DNA from: Candidatus Poribacteria bacterium
GTDB lineage: Bacteria; Poribacteria; WGA-4E; WGA-3G
Direction of reading: 5' to 3'
Length of the DNA: 64,000 nucleotides
Assembly (NCBI GenBank): GCA_964291315.2
Contig: OZ219753.1
Coordinates: 512,001 to 576,000 of the forward strand
The position numbers and the translations under genes are program-made. The notes below the pieces were generated by a model that was given only the letters and a program-made list of their open reading frames with translations, ran no database searches and had not been told where the DNA came from. Each line of letters begins with the position of its first letter. Within the stretch, counting starts at the first letter, position 1. Shown piece by piece: positions 22,210-33,402 of this stretch.

Positions 22210-22737
22210 TTAGTAATTCTGATAGCCGACTTCTTGAAGACGCGCGGCTTTCTCCGCGACACCATCGCTCAACTTTTTTTTATATGCCAACAATTTCGCT
22301 TCCAGCTCTGGGAATTGGAGCCCCAAGATTTGGACAGCGAAGAGTCCAGCATTTCGGGCACCCCCGGATCCAATCGCCATTGTTCCAACAGGAATGCCGG
22401 GTGGCATTTGCACCGTTGCATAAAGTGCATCCACACCGTTAAGCGGGCCCCCGTCAATCGGTACACCGATAACCGGCAGAGGGGTGTGTGCTGCGATGAC
22501 ACCAGCAAGGTGCGCTGCGCGTCCCGCCCCAGCGATAATTACCTTTCCCCCTTCGGCTTTAATCTTTTCTGTCCAAGCAACTGTCCTTTCCGGTGAACGG
22601 TGGGCAGAGGAGATAGTTATCTCAAATGGGACCTCAAATTCTTCTAAAACCTTTGCGGCTTCCGCCATCTTTTCTAAATCGGAATCACTTCCCATCACAA
22701 TACCAACTAAAGGGGTTTTCTGCTCTCGAAGCGACAT
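22210..22737 (-). CDS. purE: N5-CAIR mutase
   Basis: VGIVMGSDSD, SAHRSP, AGAGRAAHLAG, VQMPPGIPV. Confidence 0.97.
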   Translation of the reverse strand: MSLREQKTPLVGIVMGSDSDLEKMAEAAKVLEEFEVPFEITISSAHRSPERTVAWTEKIKAEGGKVIIAGAGRAAHLAGVIAAHTPLPVIGVPIDGGPLNGVDALYATVQMPPGIPVGTMAIGSGGARNAGLFAVQILGLQFPELEAKLLAYKKKLSDGVAEKAARLQEVGYQNY

Positions 22738-22871
22738 ATTTGTATAGTACCTTTCAAGTTTAATAGTTATCAGTACAGTTTGCTAAGCAAACCTGCCTGT
22801 CGATTATCAGTTAAAGCCTGCCGAATCCAAATATATTCGGTAGGCCGCGCTGTGTAACTGCCAACTGTTAA

Positions 22872-24164
22872 TTAATAAACAATATGTGAGTTTCTCTGAA
22901 TAATAAGCGGTTCTGGACCACCCACAGGAAAATTGGATGCCCACTCGTTTGGATCGTAATCACGAGTGACAAAGCAGGCACGATGCCCTGGCACAGCATG
23001 CTTCAAACCGATACGCGTTGCCATTTTCACGCATCCATCGTAGAACGGAAATTCACCCTCTGTCGGGTGACTCGTTAGGAAACCGATATGCGGCTCATAA
23101 GCTGCTACTGCCGAAATCAGTGCATCATGTTCAGCGAAGTTGTTAATCGGGTCTCCACTGAAATAGAGTATTACACCGCCGCTAACAATAACATACCCCA
23201 AATGCGTAACATCAGGCGGGGCTATGTCCACAGATGCATCGCCTTCAGGAGGTTTAGCATAGACAGCATGTACAGTGAGACTGTTAAGCCTCGCCGATTC
23301 ACCTGCACAAATTTCTGATATGTGTGATGATCCGACATTCGTTTCTGCTAGAATCTGACGCACACTCTCTTCGGGACCCACAAACCGTGTAGCATTGGAG
23401 GTCTCCCATATCCGGTTTATAGACTCTGAGCAGGTATGATCTCCGTGTGCGTGTGTCAAGAGAACAAAATCGGTTGGAAGGGTCGATTCATCGAGCGGGG
23501 TGGTGGTATGAATAAAACGCGCAGCAGGACGTTCCCGCGGAAAATATGGGTCAATTTGGATAATCGTGCCAGCCGAATCCTTCACTGCGAAACTGCTCTG
23601 TTCAAACCAGTGGACAGCGATGGACCCTTTCGGCACGTTCAAGTCAACAAGTAGATGCATATTGCTTCCTTTTTTAGGAGTTTTCAATTGTCGTCTATCA
23701 ATTCTCCGAACATTCTTGAGGCGATAGCTAGAGTTATCAACGTCCGCAGTAGGCCCCGGCCTGATAGCCGAAGATGAACGTAACGAACGGGCTGGCGAGC
23801 GATAACTATAATAGAGATAGACACCAAATACGCCTGCAATGGAGCCGAGCGCGTCCGCAACCCAATCCGCAACGGTTGCTGATCTACCAGGGACAAAGGT
23901 CTGATGCCACTCGTCGCTTGCGCCATAAAGAATCGACAGTAGTGCTGCGATATACCATATCAGTCGTGACTGCACTATTGAAGGTTTTGTCTTCACAAAA
24001 GCACGAGCGATTAGTCCACCAAGTACGACGTATTCGATAAAATGGTAAAGTTTGTCAATCGTTAACCATTCAAATTCTGGTGTCGGAAGCGGCGGCTGCT
24101 TCATGGACGAGATACCAAAGATGAGAACCATGTACAGGAAGGGCGGTACCCAATATTTTATCAT
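22872..24164 (-). CDS. VanZ-family membrane protein read through in-frame into an MBL-fold metallohydrolase (MBL has its own RBS and ATG at 23660)
   Basis: N-terminus DKLYHFIEY...SDEWHQTFVPGRSA..DW.AD (VanZ); C-terminus THAHGDH, YFSGD (MBL fold, UlaG-like). Confidence 0.8.
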   Translation of the reverse strand: MIKYWVPPFLYMVLIFGISSMKQPPLPTPEFEWLTIDKLYHFIEYVVLGGLIARAFVKTKPSIVQSRLIWYIAALLSILYGASDEWHQTFVPGRSATVADWVADALGSIAGVFGVYLYYSYRSPARSLRSSSAIRPGPTADVDNSSYRLKNVRRIDRRQLKTPKKGSNMHLLVDLNVPKGSIAVHWFEQSSFAVKDSAGTIIQIDPYFPRERPAARFIHTTTPLDESTLPTDFVLLTHAHGDHTCSESINRIWETSNATRFVGPEESVRQILAETNVGSSHISEICAGESARLNSLTVHAVYAKPPEGDASVDIAPPDVTHLGYVIVSGGVILYFSGDPINNFAEHDALISAVAAYEPHIGFLTSHPTEGEFPFYDGCVKMATRIGLKHAVPGHRACFVTRDYDPNEWASNFPVGGPEPLIIQRNSHIVY

Positions 24165-24302
24165 CTTTTTAACGATTGAAAGGGCGTTGCTGCATCCGTT
24201 GTCCTTGCGAATTTTGAACTTGAATTGGTAAGAAACCTTTCATCGTCCAGAGGCGATGGATTTAACCAGAAATCACTCGGGAACGCTACCCAAGCTGAAT
24301 AG

Positions 24303-26267
24303 TTAAGCGAGCGCATTAAGGATTGCGTCTACGTCGTAGACACACCCGCCCCATGTGCCACCACCGACAGATTGCAATGCTGCCCAAAGCCTCGTATCGT
24401 CTGGTAGTGCTTCATCCGGTGCCAGGTCTGGCCGCGGGTGTCGTTCTGATAACAGATGTTCACCAGCTTCAGCACCAAAATGCTCCTCACCGTGTCCTAC
24501 CAGATCAATATGGCCTACGAGTCGCCGCGTATCAATCTCAATCCGAATTATATCGTCTTCAAGTATCTTTCCAATAGGACCGCCTGCAAGAGCTTCCGGC
24601 CCGACATGTCCGATACACGCCCCTGTTGAGACGCCGGAGAATCGCGCATCTGTAATCAGGGCGATATTCTTCCCAAACGAAAGATGTTTCAGTGCAGCTG
24701 TGAGTTGATAAACCTCTTCCATACCCGTGCCTTGCGGACCGCGGCAACACAAAACTACAATGTCACCAGGTAGAATGTTTGCTCCGCCTTGTCCCTTAAG
24801 CGCTTGTATTGCTTCAGATTCCCGGACGAAAACCCGCGCCGGGCCCGTCATCCGATACACACCATCCGCGTCAACAACACTTGGGTCAATAGCGGTACTT
24901 TTGATGACGGATCCCTCTGGAGCAAGGTTGCCTCGCGGGAACGTGACGCTACTTGTCAATCCCGCTGCTGCCGCTGCCGCCGGATTCAGGATTACCTCGT
25001 CCGGAGTGACGTTATCCTCTTTTTCAAGGATTTCACGGACGCGGATACGTCGTCCGGAACCCAACCACCAATCAAGATTACTACCCAGAGATTCGCCTGT
25101 TACCGTTAGCACGTCTTCGTTAAGGTGTCCTAGTTCACGAAGGTGGAGCATAACTTCAGGAACGCCCCCGGCGAGGAAAACACGTACCGTCGGGTGGCCA
25201 ACGGGACCGTTCGGTAGAACATCCACGAGACGCGGGACGCCCTGGTTGACTTCCGTCCAGTCATCTACCGTTGGACGTTCGAGCCCAGCAGCATGTGCAA
25301 TCGCAGGAATGTGCAGTAAGAGATTCGTCGAGCCACCAAAGGCTGCATGTACCACCATAGCGTTCCGAATTGATTCTGGTGTTACAATGTCGTTCATCGT
25401 CAAACCCTTGGCAGCTAAATTCACCACGGCACGGGCTGAACGGAGTCCCATATCTGACCAGATGTTCTGGCCCGACGGGGCTAAGGCTGTATGCGGTAAG
25501 CTCATACCTAGCGCTTCACCAATCACTTGTGAAGTTGCTGCAGTCCCAAGAAATTGACAACCGCCCCCGGGAGTCGCACAAGCGCGGCATCCCATATCCG
25601 CCGCGTCTTGCAGACTTATTTCGCCGTGTGCGAAACGTGCTCCGACAGTCTGAATTTTTCCGGCATCCTCGCCTATCGTCGGCGGCAGCGTCACGCCCCC
25701 CGGAACGAGGACAGCCGGCAGCTGCCGCATTGAAGCAAGCGCCATCATCATCGCAGGTAAACCTTTATCACACGTAGCAACGCCGACAACGCCTTTGCGT
25801 GTTGGTAGAGATCGGATGAGTCTCCGGAAAATCTGCGCAGCATCGTTACGATAGGCGAGACTGTCCATCATACCCACGGTACCTTGTGTGCGACCATCAC
25901 ATGGATCAGAGCAATAACCGGCAAACGGGATCGCAGCCAGCTCTTTAAGTTCTTGGGCAACCGCTTGCATGAGAAGCCCAACCTCCCAATGCCCGGTATG
26001 GTAACCGAGGGCAATAGGCGCACCATCAGGCGCACGGATACCGCCTTGCGTGCTGAGAATCAGGAATTCCTCGCGGCGCAACTCCGACGGGGCCCACCCC
26101 ATTGCTGTGTTGTGACTCAAGCCGAATATATCACCGCTCGGTCGAGTGAGGAGCATTTCTGCCGTGAGTGGTAGGCTGCCCTCAGGACCAGCAGCATGGG
26201 TTCGGAGATCATAGATGCGGCTATCCCCGGTCTCTAAAATGTCAGTGTAGTGTATCGATTTCGCCAT
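24303..26267 (-). CDS. YjhG/YagF family D-xylonate-type dehydratase (IlvD/Edd superfamily)
   Basis: [45 protein letters not shown]. Confidence 0.92.
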   Translation of the reverse strand: MAKSIHYTDILETGDSRIYDLRTHAAGPEGSLPLTAEMLLTRPSGDIFGLSHNTAMGWAPSELRREEFLILSTQGGIRAPDGAPIALGYHTGHWEVGLLMQAVAQELKELAAIPFAGYCSDPCDGRTQGTVGMMDSLAYRNDAAQIFRRLIRSLPTRKGVVGVATCDKGLPAMMMALASMRQLPAVLVPGGVTLPPTIGEDAGKIQTVGARFAHGEISLQDAADMGCRACATPGGGCQFLGTAATSQVIGEALGMSLPHTALAPSGQNIWSDMGLRSARAVVNLAAKGLTMNDIVTPESIRNAMVVHAAFGGSTNLLLHIPAIAHAAGLERPTVDDWTEVNQGVPRLVDVLPNGPVGHPTVRVFLAGGVPEVMLHLRELGHLNEDVLTVTGESLGSNLDWWLGSGRRIRVREILEKEDNVTPDEVILNPAAAAAAGLTSSVTFPRGNLAPEGSVIKSTAIDPSVVDADGVYRMTGPARVFVRESEAIQALKGQGGANILPGDIVVLCCRGPQGTGMEEVYQLTAALKHLSFGKNIALITDARFSGVSTGACIGHVGPEALAGGPIGKILEDDIIRIEIDTRRLVGHIDLVGHGEEHFGAEAGEHLLSERHPRPDLAPDEALPDDTRLWAALQSVGGGTWGGCVYDVDAILNALA

Positions 26268-26563
26268 TAAGCAGTCTCTCCATTTCCTCTCTTTTTGATA
26301 TTCAGTGCCCTCTGTTCATTCAGGCTACACACAAATTCTCCAACAACATCTTCGCCCATCAATGTGTCTTCATAAGTGAGCAACGTGAAATTTGTGTCGT
26401 AACGATAGACCGTAACAGCCGCTAGTTCCGGAGGAACAAGCGAACCTTTGCATCTGATATATTCATAACCTTCTAAGTTGTCTCAGAGAAACCCGTCTAG
26501 CCACGTTGTACTGGCCGTGGATGTTCTCTCAATCGTTTCAGCGGATGCTTGCAAGTTAAGCAT
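26267..26563 (-). pseudogene. Uma2 (DUF820) endonuclease remnant with central deletion and in-frame stop
   Basis: Manual translation: ...GFL*DNLEGYEYIRCKGSLVP..|..VTVYRYDTNFTLLTYEDTLMGEDVVGEF. These are Uma2-like N- and C-termini with the nuclease core missing. Confidence 0.55.
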
Positions 26564-26609
26564 CTATTTTCCTCGCTGATAGGGCAGTTGGGAAAACCGC
26601 TATCAGTGC

Positions 26610-28844
26610 CTATTTCTTGCTAGAGTCGGAGATCAGTTTTATAACCTCGACTCTGCCCGCCTTGACTTCTGCTTCGTCCACTTCTATCCGTAGTAACCCA
26701 GCTATAAATAGCGTTAATTCCCAGTCAACTTTTGCTGCATCGAGAGGTGTAATGCCGTCACTATTCCGAAGGGTCGTATCGGCACCTTTTTCTAGGAGTA
26801 ACTTTACCGTTTCAGCGCGTCCCAAGAAAGCCGCCGCGTGGAGTGCTGTTCCCCCGTTTCGATCTGTCACATTGATGTCTGCGCCCTGTTCAAGGAGCAT
26901 AGCGACTGCCTTTGTCTGTCCCATCACTGCTGCGGTACTCAACAGTGTAGATCCCGACTCCAAGTTTTTGGCATTAGGGTCCGCACCATCTCTTAAAGCC
27001 TGCTCAAGAGCCTCGGTGTTACCGATGAACGCTGATTCCCATATATCAGTTGTCCCCATGTGTTGTTCCGAGGGGAGGCTAATATTGAGCATATCAGCAA
27101 TTCTGATTCTCGCCGCTTCTACCTGCTTCTTCTCCAACTTTATGCCTAAAGGTTCTGATAAATGCCTTGTCGTTTCCCAAGGGACTGCCAAAAGGTCTGT
27201 CAGTGTAGCACCGTCGCTGTTTTTTACGTTCACATCGGCTCCATTCTTTATAAGCAGCTCGGCGGTTTCAGCACGTCCCATAAACGCAGCCAGATGCAAA
27301 GCAGTATTACCGTCTCTATTTCTGCCGTTGATATCTGCTCCATTCTGAAGAAGCAGTTCAACAGCTGCTGTCTTGCCCATCATGGCAGCCCATGCCAGGG
27401 GCGGCATTTCGAAACGCATCTCATTAACATCAGCACCTTCCGCTAGGTAACGTTTAATCGCCATAAGGTCTCCGGCGTGTGCAGCACCTACTAAGGTATT
27501 TTCCATTAATTTTAGGAATCCGGTCATGGAATCTCCGTCTTCAGGCATAACGAAGGGCGGGTCGGGTCGTTTCCTCCACACCGGCATCTGCTTAGCGATC
27601 TCTGTCTCTATATCGTTCTTACGGTCGCGGATGAAGTCGCGAGCCGCTTCTAATTCACTCGCATAAGTCGGCTTAGATTCCTGCCCCCACCTTTCACCTC
27701 TATTCCATTCTTCTTCAATTACACGCTGAGCAGGCACTAAATGTGGTTCAACCATCAGGGCAATTTTGTCTAATGTTGCTAACAATTCTGCGGTGTTCCA
27801 ATGTTTTTCTAGAATGTCTGTGAGCACTTCCTTATATCGCCGCCGTCCAGCCTCGAATTGATACAACTTATAGGCAATTAGGCCCTGGGTCTTTACAGAT
27901 ATTGGGGCCCGCGCGTCGTTCATAAAGTCAAGTTTACTCAACTTGGTAAAAATAGAGTCCATACCCCACGGAATGAAGTAGAATTTGTTGTCATCCGGGT
28001 TAAGATAAATGAAAAAGTTGTTTTTATTCCCGGAGTAACCGTCCCAGAAACCGACTAAACTCTCAGCCGCCCAGAACTTATAAAACGACTCTAAATCTAC
28101 CAATGTACCGATGTCAGCTTCCGTCGTTTTCGGGTCCTCCAGCAAGTTAATCAAGGTTTTAATTTGTCTTCTACCGCGTGTGTCGTCACCACGCTTGTGT
28201 TCGAAGCTATTCTCCCACCCTTCATAAAAATCCACAACCGTTCCTTCATAGAGCGAGCCATCGTCGTTCCCGAAAGCACGTTTCAACAACGGTTTCCGAA
28301 CAGTCTCCACGTGTGAATAAATGCCAAGGTTCTTACCGTTCACTGTCACCATCGCATATGCACACCGCGGGGCAGGTGACCCAATTGCGTTAAACAAAGC
28401 GTACCCCATAAATTGACTCACCAAACCTGTATCTTGTTTATTGTTGTTAAGTGTTAGGTTTGTTAGGCCCGCAATCCCACTCTCTTTGTCAATGTGATTT
28501 AGTTTGATTTTAAGTGAAGGACGAGTATGGCTTAGGGAACCAATAAATCCTTTTTTCCGCAGTCCTACTTTCGGGAAAGAGACACCGTCAATGCTGACAC
28601 TCGCTTCTACGTAGGTATACGGACGCTCCATCGGCCCAAATTGTCGGGATGCAGCAAGGGCAGTCCTGAAATCCCGCGACTGGTATCGGATTGTATCCCA
28701 ATCCTGCTGTGAGAGCGTAATCTGTACGTCTATAACGCGGTCTGTCGGGAAAATATCATCTAAGGTTAGATCTTTCGCGCTGACGGGATGCAAGGCTATC
28801 CCAAGACAGAAAATGATTGCTGAGTACATTATCCATTTTGCCAT
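26610..28844 (-). CDS. Secreted CotH-kinase family protein with C-terminal ankyrin repeats
   Basis: Signal peptide; VGLRKKG, RPSLKI, WDGY...NNFFIY, IPWGMD (CotH); repeated GxTALHxAA...GAD ankyrin units. Confidence 0.9.
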   Translation of the reverse strand: MAKWIMYSAIIFCLGIALHPVSAKDLTLDDIFPTDRVIDVQITLSQQDWDTIRYQSRDFRTALAASRQFGPMERPYTYVEASVSIDGVSFPKVGLRKKGFIGSLSHTRPSLKIKLNHIDKESGIAGLTNLTLNNNKQDTGLVSQFMGYALFNAIGSPAPRCAYAMVTVNGKNLGIYSHVETVRKPLLKRAFGNDDGSLYEGTVVDFYEGWENSFEHKRGDDTRGRRQIKTLINLLEDPKTTEADIGTLVDLESFYKFWAAESLVGFWDGYSGNKNNFFIYLNPDDNKFYFIPWGMDSIFTKLSKLDFMNDARAPISVKTQGLIAYKLYQFEAGRRRYKEVLTDILEKHWNTAELLATLDKIALMVEPHLVPAQRVIEEEWNRGERWGQESKPTYASELEAARDFIRDRKNDIETEIAKQMPVWRKRPDPPFVMPEDGDSMTGFLKLMENTLVGAAHAGDLMAIKRYLAEGADVNEMRFEMPPLAWAAMMGKTAAVELLLQNGADINGRNRDGNTALHLAAFMGRAETAELLIKNGADVNVKNSDGATLTDLLAVPWETTRHLSEPLGIKLEKKQVEAARIRIADMLNISLPSEQHMGTTDIWESAFIGNTEALEQALRDGADPNAKNLESGSTLLSTAAVMGQTKAVAMLLEQGADINVTDRNGGTALHAAAFLGRAETVKLLLEKGADTTLRNSDGITPLDAAKVDWELTLFIAGLLRIEVDEAEVKAGRVEVIKLISDSSKK

Positions 28845-29201
28845 GTTTTTTCTCCTTCATCCAGATTTCTGTTTATGATTAGTTTAGCACATTTTGGTTT
28901 TTTATGCTTGCAAATATGTTAGATATCTAGAGTCATTACGCAAAAAAATATCTGCGAATGAATTTTAATCTAGCCTAAGGCCACCTAATGCCCTAGTTCT
29001 TCTGTGAATACCTCGATATCCAATGCCCGAGATATATTGTGAAAGAAGGGACTTGAAATCTCCTCACTTATAAAGGCAAAACAAACCGTAGATCATAGTC
29101 AAGTCCGAAGAACCTAAACGGCAACATTGACAAATCCGCGGAGGGCGGATTGGCTGCGCCAATTGCTGCGGTGCAATTGCTTGTATCAAGATTAAAAAAC
29201 A

Positions 29202-31106
29202 TCAAAACGACGCTCCTAAACTGACATGAATTTTCCCTTTTAACACGGAATCTCCAGCGGCGAGCCCGTAGTTCAATCGTAAGATGCCTCCTTTCGATTC
29301 GAGCCTCGCGCCAAGTCCGTAGCCAACTCGAAGTCTGTTGAAAGTAGAGGGGGTTTCAACCAACGTCACAGCTCCTAAATCCGTGAAAATAAAAATCTGG
29401 GAGTCGGATCCGACAAGATACCGATATTCGATGTTTGCATACACGCGCCGCGGGCCGGAGAACCAGTCCTCATCATATCCGCGCAACGTGGTTGCTCCAC
29501 CTAGATAGAAGAGCTCTGTCGGCGGAATATTAACCCCCCATGCTGCAGCACCGTGAAGCTCTACCGCCACTGTCTGCTTCCGCCACGTCGGGAAATATTG
29601 TTGCAGGGAAAACCAAACCTTCCGAAGCCGAAAATCGCTCCGTGATACCTCAAGGGCGATGCTGTCGCGACGTCCCCGCGTCGGATTGAGAAAATAATCG
29701 CGGGTATCGCGAGCCAACCGGAATGTAACGCTATACTTCGTCCCACTATACGGCTCCCCGGCCACCCACGGCGCGGCAATCGGAGCTTGAACCTCAAGGG
29801 ACCTCCCCGCTATTGGGGATCGAGCCATGTCTGGCACATTAATCTGCTTATATCCTAACGTCATAGCGCCCTCAAAGATCCGTCCAAAGTTTGTAGTTAT
29901 GCTCACACTGCTTGAACGCTCTTCCGAGACCGTTCTATTGTCGCCAAGTGTAGACGCCGCAACCTGTTCTCCATTAAAATTCTGCTGTTTAAGTTGTCCA
30001 TATTCTACGCTAATCGTTACCGGTTTCCCAAGTATCCACGGCTCTGCGTAACTGAGGCGGAGGATTCTAAGCAGCCCAGATTTCCAATAGAAGTTGAAAC
30101 GTCTACCTGTTCCTAACAAATTGGTTTCACTAGCTTCCAAAATACCAGTGAGTTGTGGAGCCTCATTAACTTCGGAATCCGGCGGTGCATATCCGATCAC
30201 CCCACTCAGGCGCCCAGTTTTTGCTTCTGTTACTTGCGCATGGAAGTTAATTCTATCTGCCATTTTGCCTGCCTCTAACACATTCGGGTTAATCTGGTAG
30301 AAGTAGCCTAAATTGCGCAGTCGGCGGTAACTTGTGTCAATAGCGCGTTGATCAAAACGCTGGTTAGGTTTCACCGAAATTTCTCGGAGGACCACCTCGC
30401 TTCTCGTTTTCTGGAGACCGCTCACTTTGACCTCGCCGATCCGAATCTGAGAACCTTCACGAATATGCAATTCAAAGTCAACGGTAGCTGCCTCCGGCGA
30501 TAATCGAATGTCCCTCGGTTCAATCTCAATCTTCGGGTAACCGTTTTCACTGTATAACGTCTGTAACCGGCGAATTCCGTTGACGAATGCAGCCTCCGTA
30601 AACACGCTACCGCGTTTTAAGCCGGCCTCGGCACGAATCTCATCCGCAGAAAAGCGTTGGTTTCCTGTAAAACTCAACGCACCTATCCGGATCTGTCTGC
30701 CTTCCGTAATCTTTACCCGAATAGACACATACGGTTCGCTTTCAGTAATCGATGAAACGTCCGGTACCATTTTTACAAATACAAACCCGTCTTTCCGATA
30801 AGCCGCAAGGATCCGTTCAAATCCATCTCTGATTTCCGACTCAGAATATGCCTTTTCCACCTGCCAGTTAAATAAGTCGGTCAATCTTCTCTGATTTAAA
30901 CGCTCGTTTCCATCAAAACGGAGTTGCTGAATATAATAGTGCGGTTCAGTGGTTTTATTTTCTATGCTATTGCTAACAGCTGCCTCTTCCAAGTCGCGAC
31001 TTTCATTTCTGTCATCGCTACTGTGCAAAGCTTCAAGTCTTCCAAAGATACAGAAAAGTGAAAAACTGATCAATATAAAGGCGGAGCGGAGTCTCTGTTT
31101 GTACAT
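29202..31106 (-). CDS. Omp85 (BamA/TamA) family outer-membrane protein with POTRA domains
   Basis: Three POTRA-like repeats, NLLGTG, FYLGGATTLRGY, C-terminal Phe. Confidence 0.9.
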   Translation of the reverse strand: MYKQRLRSAFILISFSLFCIFGRLEALHSSDDRNESRDLEEAAVSNSIENKTTEPHYYIQQLRFDGNERLNQRRLTDLFNWQVEKAYSESEIRDGFERILAAYRKDGFVFVKMVPDVSSITESEPYVSIRVKITEGRQIRIGALSFTGNQRFSADEIRAEAGLKRGSVFTEAAFVNGIRRLQTLYSENGYPKIEIEPRDIRLSPEAATVDFELHIREGSQIRIGEVKVSGLQKTRSEVVLREISVKPNQRFDQRAIDTSYRRLRNLGYFYQINPNVLEAGKMADRINFHAQVTEAKTGRLSGVIGYAPPDSEVNEAPQLTGILEASETNLLGTGRRFNFYWKSGLLRILRLSYAEPWILGKPVTISVEYGQLKQQNFNGEQVAASTLGDNRTVSEERSSSVSITTNFGRIFEGAMTLGYKQINVPDMARSPIAGRSLEVQAPIAAPWVAGEPYSGTKYSVTFRLARDTRDYFLNPTRGRRDSIALEVSRSDFRLRKVWFSLQQYFPTWRKQTVAVELHGAAAWGVNIPPTELFYLGGATTLRGYDEDWFSGPRRVYANIEYRYLVGSDSQIFIFTDLGAVTLVETPSTFNRLRVGYGLGARLESKGGILRLNYGLAAGDSVLKGKIHVSLGASF

Positions 31107-31270
31107 CTATTGTCTCCATTGAGTCTACATCTATTGCAATGATATTTTAGCATGTCCAGTGTGATGAAGGCAAACCGCCTTGTCTTTACGACTCATAATC
31201 CACGCGCAGTGCCGTACGCACATTCGGCAGACATATCTTTCCTTGTAGTAGGAGCAAGCTCAAGAAAAAT

Positions 31271-31299
31271 TTGATAAAAATTGGAGAACATGGTATAAT
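31271..31299 (+). promoter_or_regulatory. sigma70-like promoter of the radical SAM gene
   Basis: TTGATA-17 nt-TATAAT with TG extension. Confidence 0.6.
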
Positions 31300-31391
31300 A
31301 TTATCTACATTGCTTAAACCAAATAATTTATTTCAGAAAAAATTGGCAATATGGGTAGAATAGTTGTACCCGTCAGGAGTCCGTGTAAGTT

Positions 31392-33395
31392 ATGCTAAAC
31401 GCTCTATTAATTTATCCCAAATTTCCGCCTTCTTATTGGGGATTTAAATATGCCTTAGATTTCCTTGGGAAAAGATCCTCAATGCCACCGCTCGGGTTAT
31501 TGACTATCGCTGGAATGTTCCCGAAAAATTATAACCTAAAAGTCGTTGATGTTAATATTGAACCCCTTACTGATAAACATATCCAGTGGGCAGATGTCGC
31601 TTTCACATCAACAATGATTGTTCAAAAATCTTCCCTTTATGAGGTTGCTGAGCGTTGCAATCGAGCAGGCGTTCCCATTATCGCAGGAGGACCGCATCCG
31701 ACATCTTACTACGATAATATCAAAGCAGAAACTGATGCGACGATCAACCATTTTCTTTTTGGAGAAGTTGAAGAAACCTTTGAAGACTTCTTAACCGATT
31801 TTGAAAGTGGAAACGCAAAAGAGGTTTACCGCGAAGCCCGCAAACCGGATATCACAAAAACCCCTGCACCTCGCTACGATCTTATCGATATTAATTCGTA
31901 TGGATCAATGGCACTCCAATTCTCACGCGGTTGTCCCTTCAATTGCGAATTTTGTGATATTACGAAGTTGTTTGGGCGGGTACCTCGCACAAAAAGTAAC
32001 GAGCAAATGCTCACTGAGTTTGAGACACTCTATAAACTCGGTTGGAACGGGCCAATGTTTGTCGTCGATGACAACTTTATCGGTAACAAGCGCGACGCAA
32101 TGCGCCTGCTCCCTGCTGTTACCAAATGGCAGGCAGAACGTCAATTCCCGTTTTCACTTTATACTGAAGCAAGTGTGAACCTTGTCGAAATACCAGAAAT
32201 GCTCGATGCAATGAGTGGAGCCGGTTTTAATATGGTTTTCCTCGGTATCGAAAGCCCGAATGAGAAAGCGCTGATTAGCACCTCCAAAGGGCAGAACACA
32301 AGCAAACAAGAAGATGCAAGCAGCTACCTATTGCAAGCTGTCAGAAAGATACAGAGTAAAGGGATGGAGGTTACTGGCGGGTTTATCATCGGGCTCGATG
32401 GCGATACCGAATTTGATTCGCATATCAATTTTATTCAGGAAGCCGGGATCCCGATGGCCATGGCGGGGCTGCTTACCGCATTGAAAGAGACTGACCTCTG
32501 GCATCGATTGAAGAGAGAAGACCGACTACTTGTGGAATCAAGCGGAAATAATACGGATATGACGCTCAATTTTGTTCCCGAAATGCCACGAGAAAAGCTC
32601 ATCCGGGAGTATCGCAGGGTTATATCCGTCCTCTACGACCCGACCTTGAAAAACTATTTCGCTCGATGTTTAAAGCTCCTTGAACACATGCCTAAAACCC
32701 AACATAATGTCAGATCTATCCGTATGACAGAAGTCCGCGCCTTTATCCGCTCAATCCAGAAGCAACTTTTTTCAAAACAAGGATTAGAATACGCCCGGTT
32801 TTTGATGAAGTCCCTCAAAGACTATCCTACTATGTTCCCAGAAGCCGTACGATTGGCCGTTATGGGTTACCACCTCGAAAAGATAACACGCCACACCGTT
32901 GCTGTTGAAGCTTTCAGAAGCTTCTTAGCTCGTGAAATGGAAACCTTTAAAGAGGAAGTTTCCCAGTTCACTCAGGTACAAGGGGAACGCATGAATGAGA
33001 TCCAAAACTATTCACGTCAACTCTTTGCTCGTGTTAAAACGGAATACAATACCATTCACAAAGATTTTCGGTACGCCGCACACACCGCGCTCACCGGTTT
33101 CCAAGAGTCAATGTTCAAAGAATACTTAGAGGCAGAGCTCAAAGCCTTCAAAAATGCTGCGAGCGCATTTGCGAAAACGCAGAGCGCCCGCCTTGGCGAG
33201 TTACAAACTTACGTCCATAAGCTCTTTGTCCGGGTCCGTGTACAACACGCGCAACTCTATGACAGTTTCAAATATCACACCGACGACCTGAGCTGTCACA
33301 CCCAAGAAGCTTTCGATGTTTTCCGTGAATCTATGGCCCGGCATTTAGAGCAACTCTTCGGCTCCGTCCCCGTGCAGATCGAAAACCTCACCTAA
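31392..33395 (+). CDS. B12-binding radical SAM protein (DUF4070/YgiQ-like) with helical C-terminal extension
   Basis: MPPLGL, AGGPHP, SRGCPFNCEFC (CxxxCxxC), VDDNFIGN, FLGIE. Confidence 0.9.
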   Translation: MLNALLIYPKFPPSYWGFKYALDFLGKRSSMPPLGLLTIAGMFPKNYNLKVVDVNIEPLTDKHIQWADVAFTSTMIVQKSSLYEVAERCNRAGVPIIAGGPHPTSYYDNIKAETDATINHFLFGEVEETFEDFLTDFESGNAKEVYREARKPDITKTPAPRYDLIDINSYGSMALQFSRGCPFNCEFCDITKLFGRVPRTKSNEQMLTEFETLYKLGWNGPMFVVDDNFIGNKRDAMRLLPAVTKWQAERQFPFSLYTEASVNLVEIPEMLDAMSGAGFNMVFLGIESPNEKALISTSKGQNTSKQEDASSYLLQAVRKIQSKGMEVTGGFIIGLDGDTEFDSHINFIQEAGIPMAMAGLLTALKETDLWHRLKREDRLLVESSGNNTDMTLNFVPEMPREKLIREYRRVISVLYDPTLKNYFARCLKLLEHMPKTQHNVRSIRMTEVRAFIRSIQKQLFSKQGLEYARFLMKSLKDYPTMFPEAVRLAVMGYHLEKITRHTVAVEAFRSFLAREMETFKEEVSQFTQVQGERMNEIQNYSRQLFARVKTEYNTIHKDFRYAAHTALTGFQESMFKEYLEAELKAFKNAASAFAKTQSARLGELQTYVHKLFVRVRVQHAQLYDSFKYHTDDLSCHTQEAFDVFRESMARHLEQLFGSVPVQIENLT

Positions 33396-33402
33396 CCTAC
33401 CC

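Noticed and set aside
26483-26485. In-frame TGA in the Uma2 remnant as selenocysteine
   Set aside because: It is not at a Cys-type position and the gene lacks its catalytic core; this is ordinary decay.
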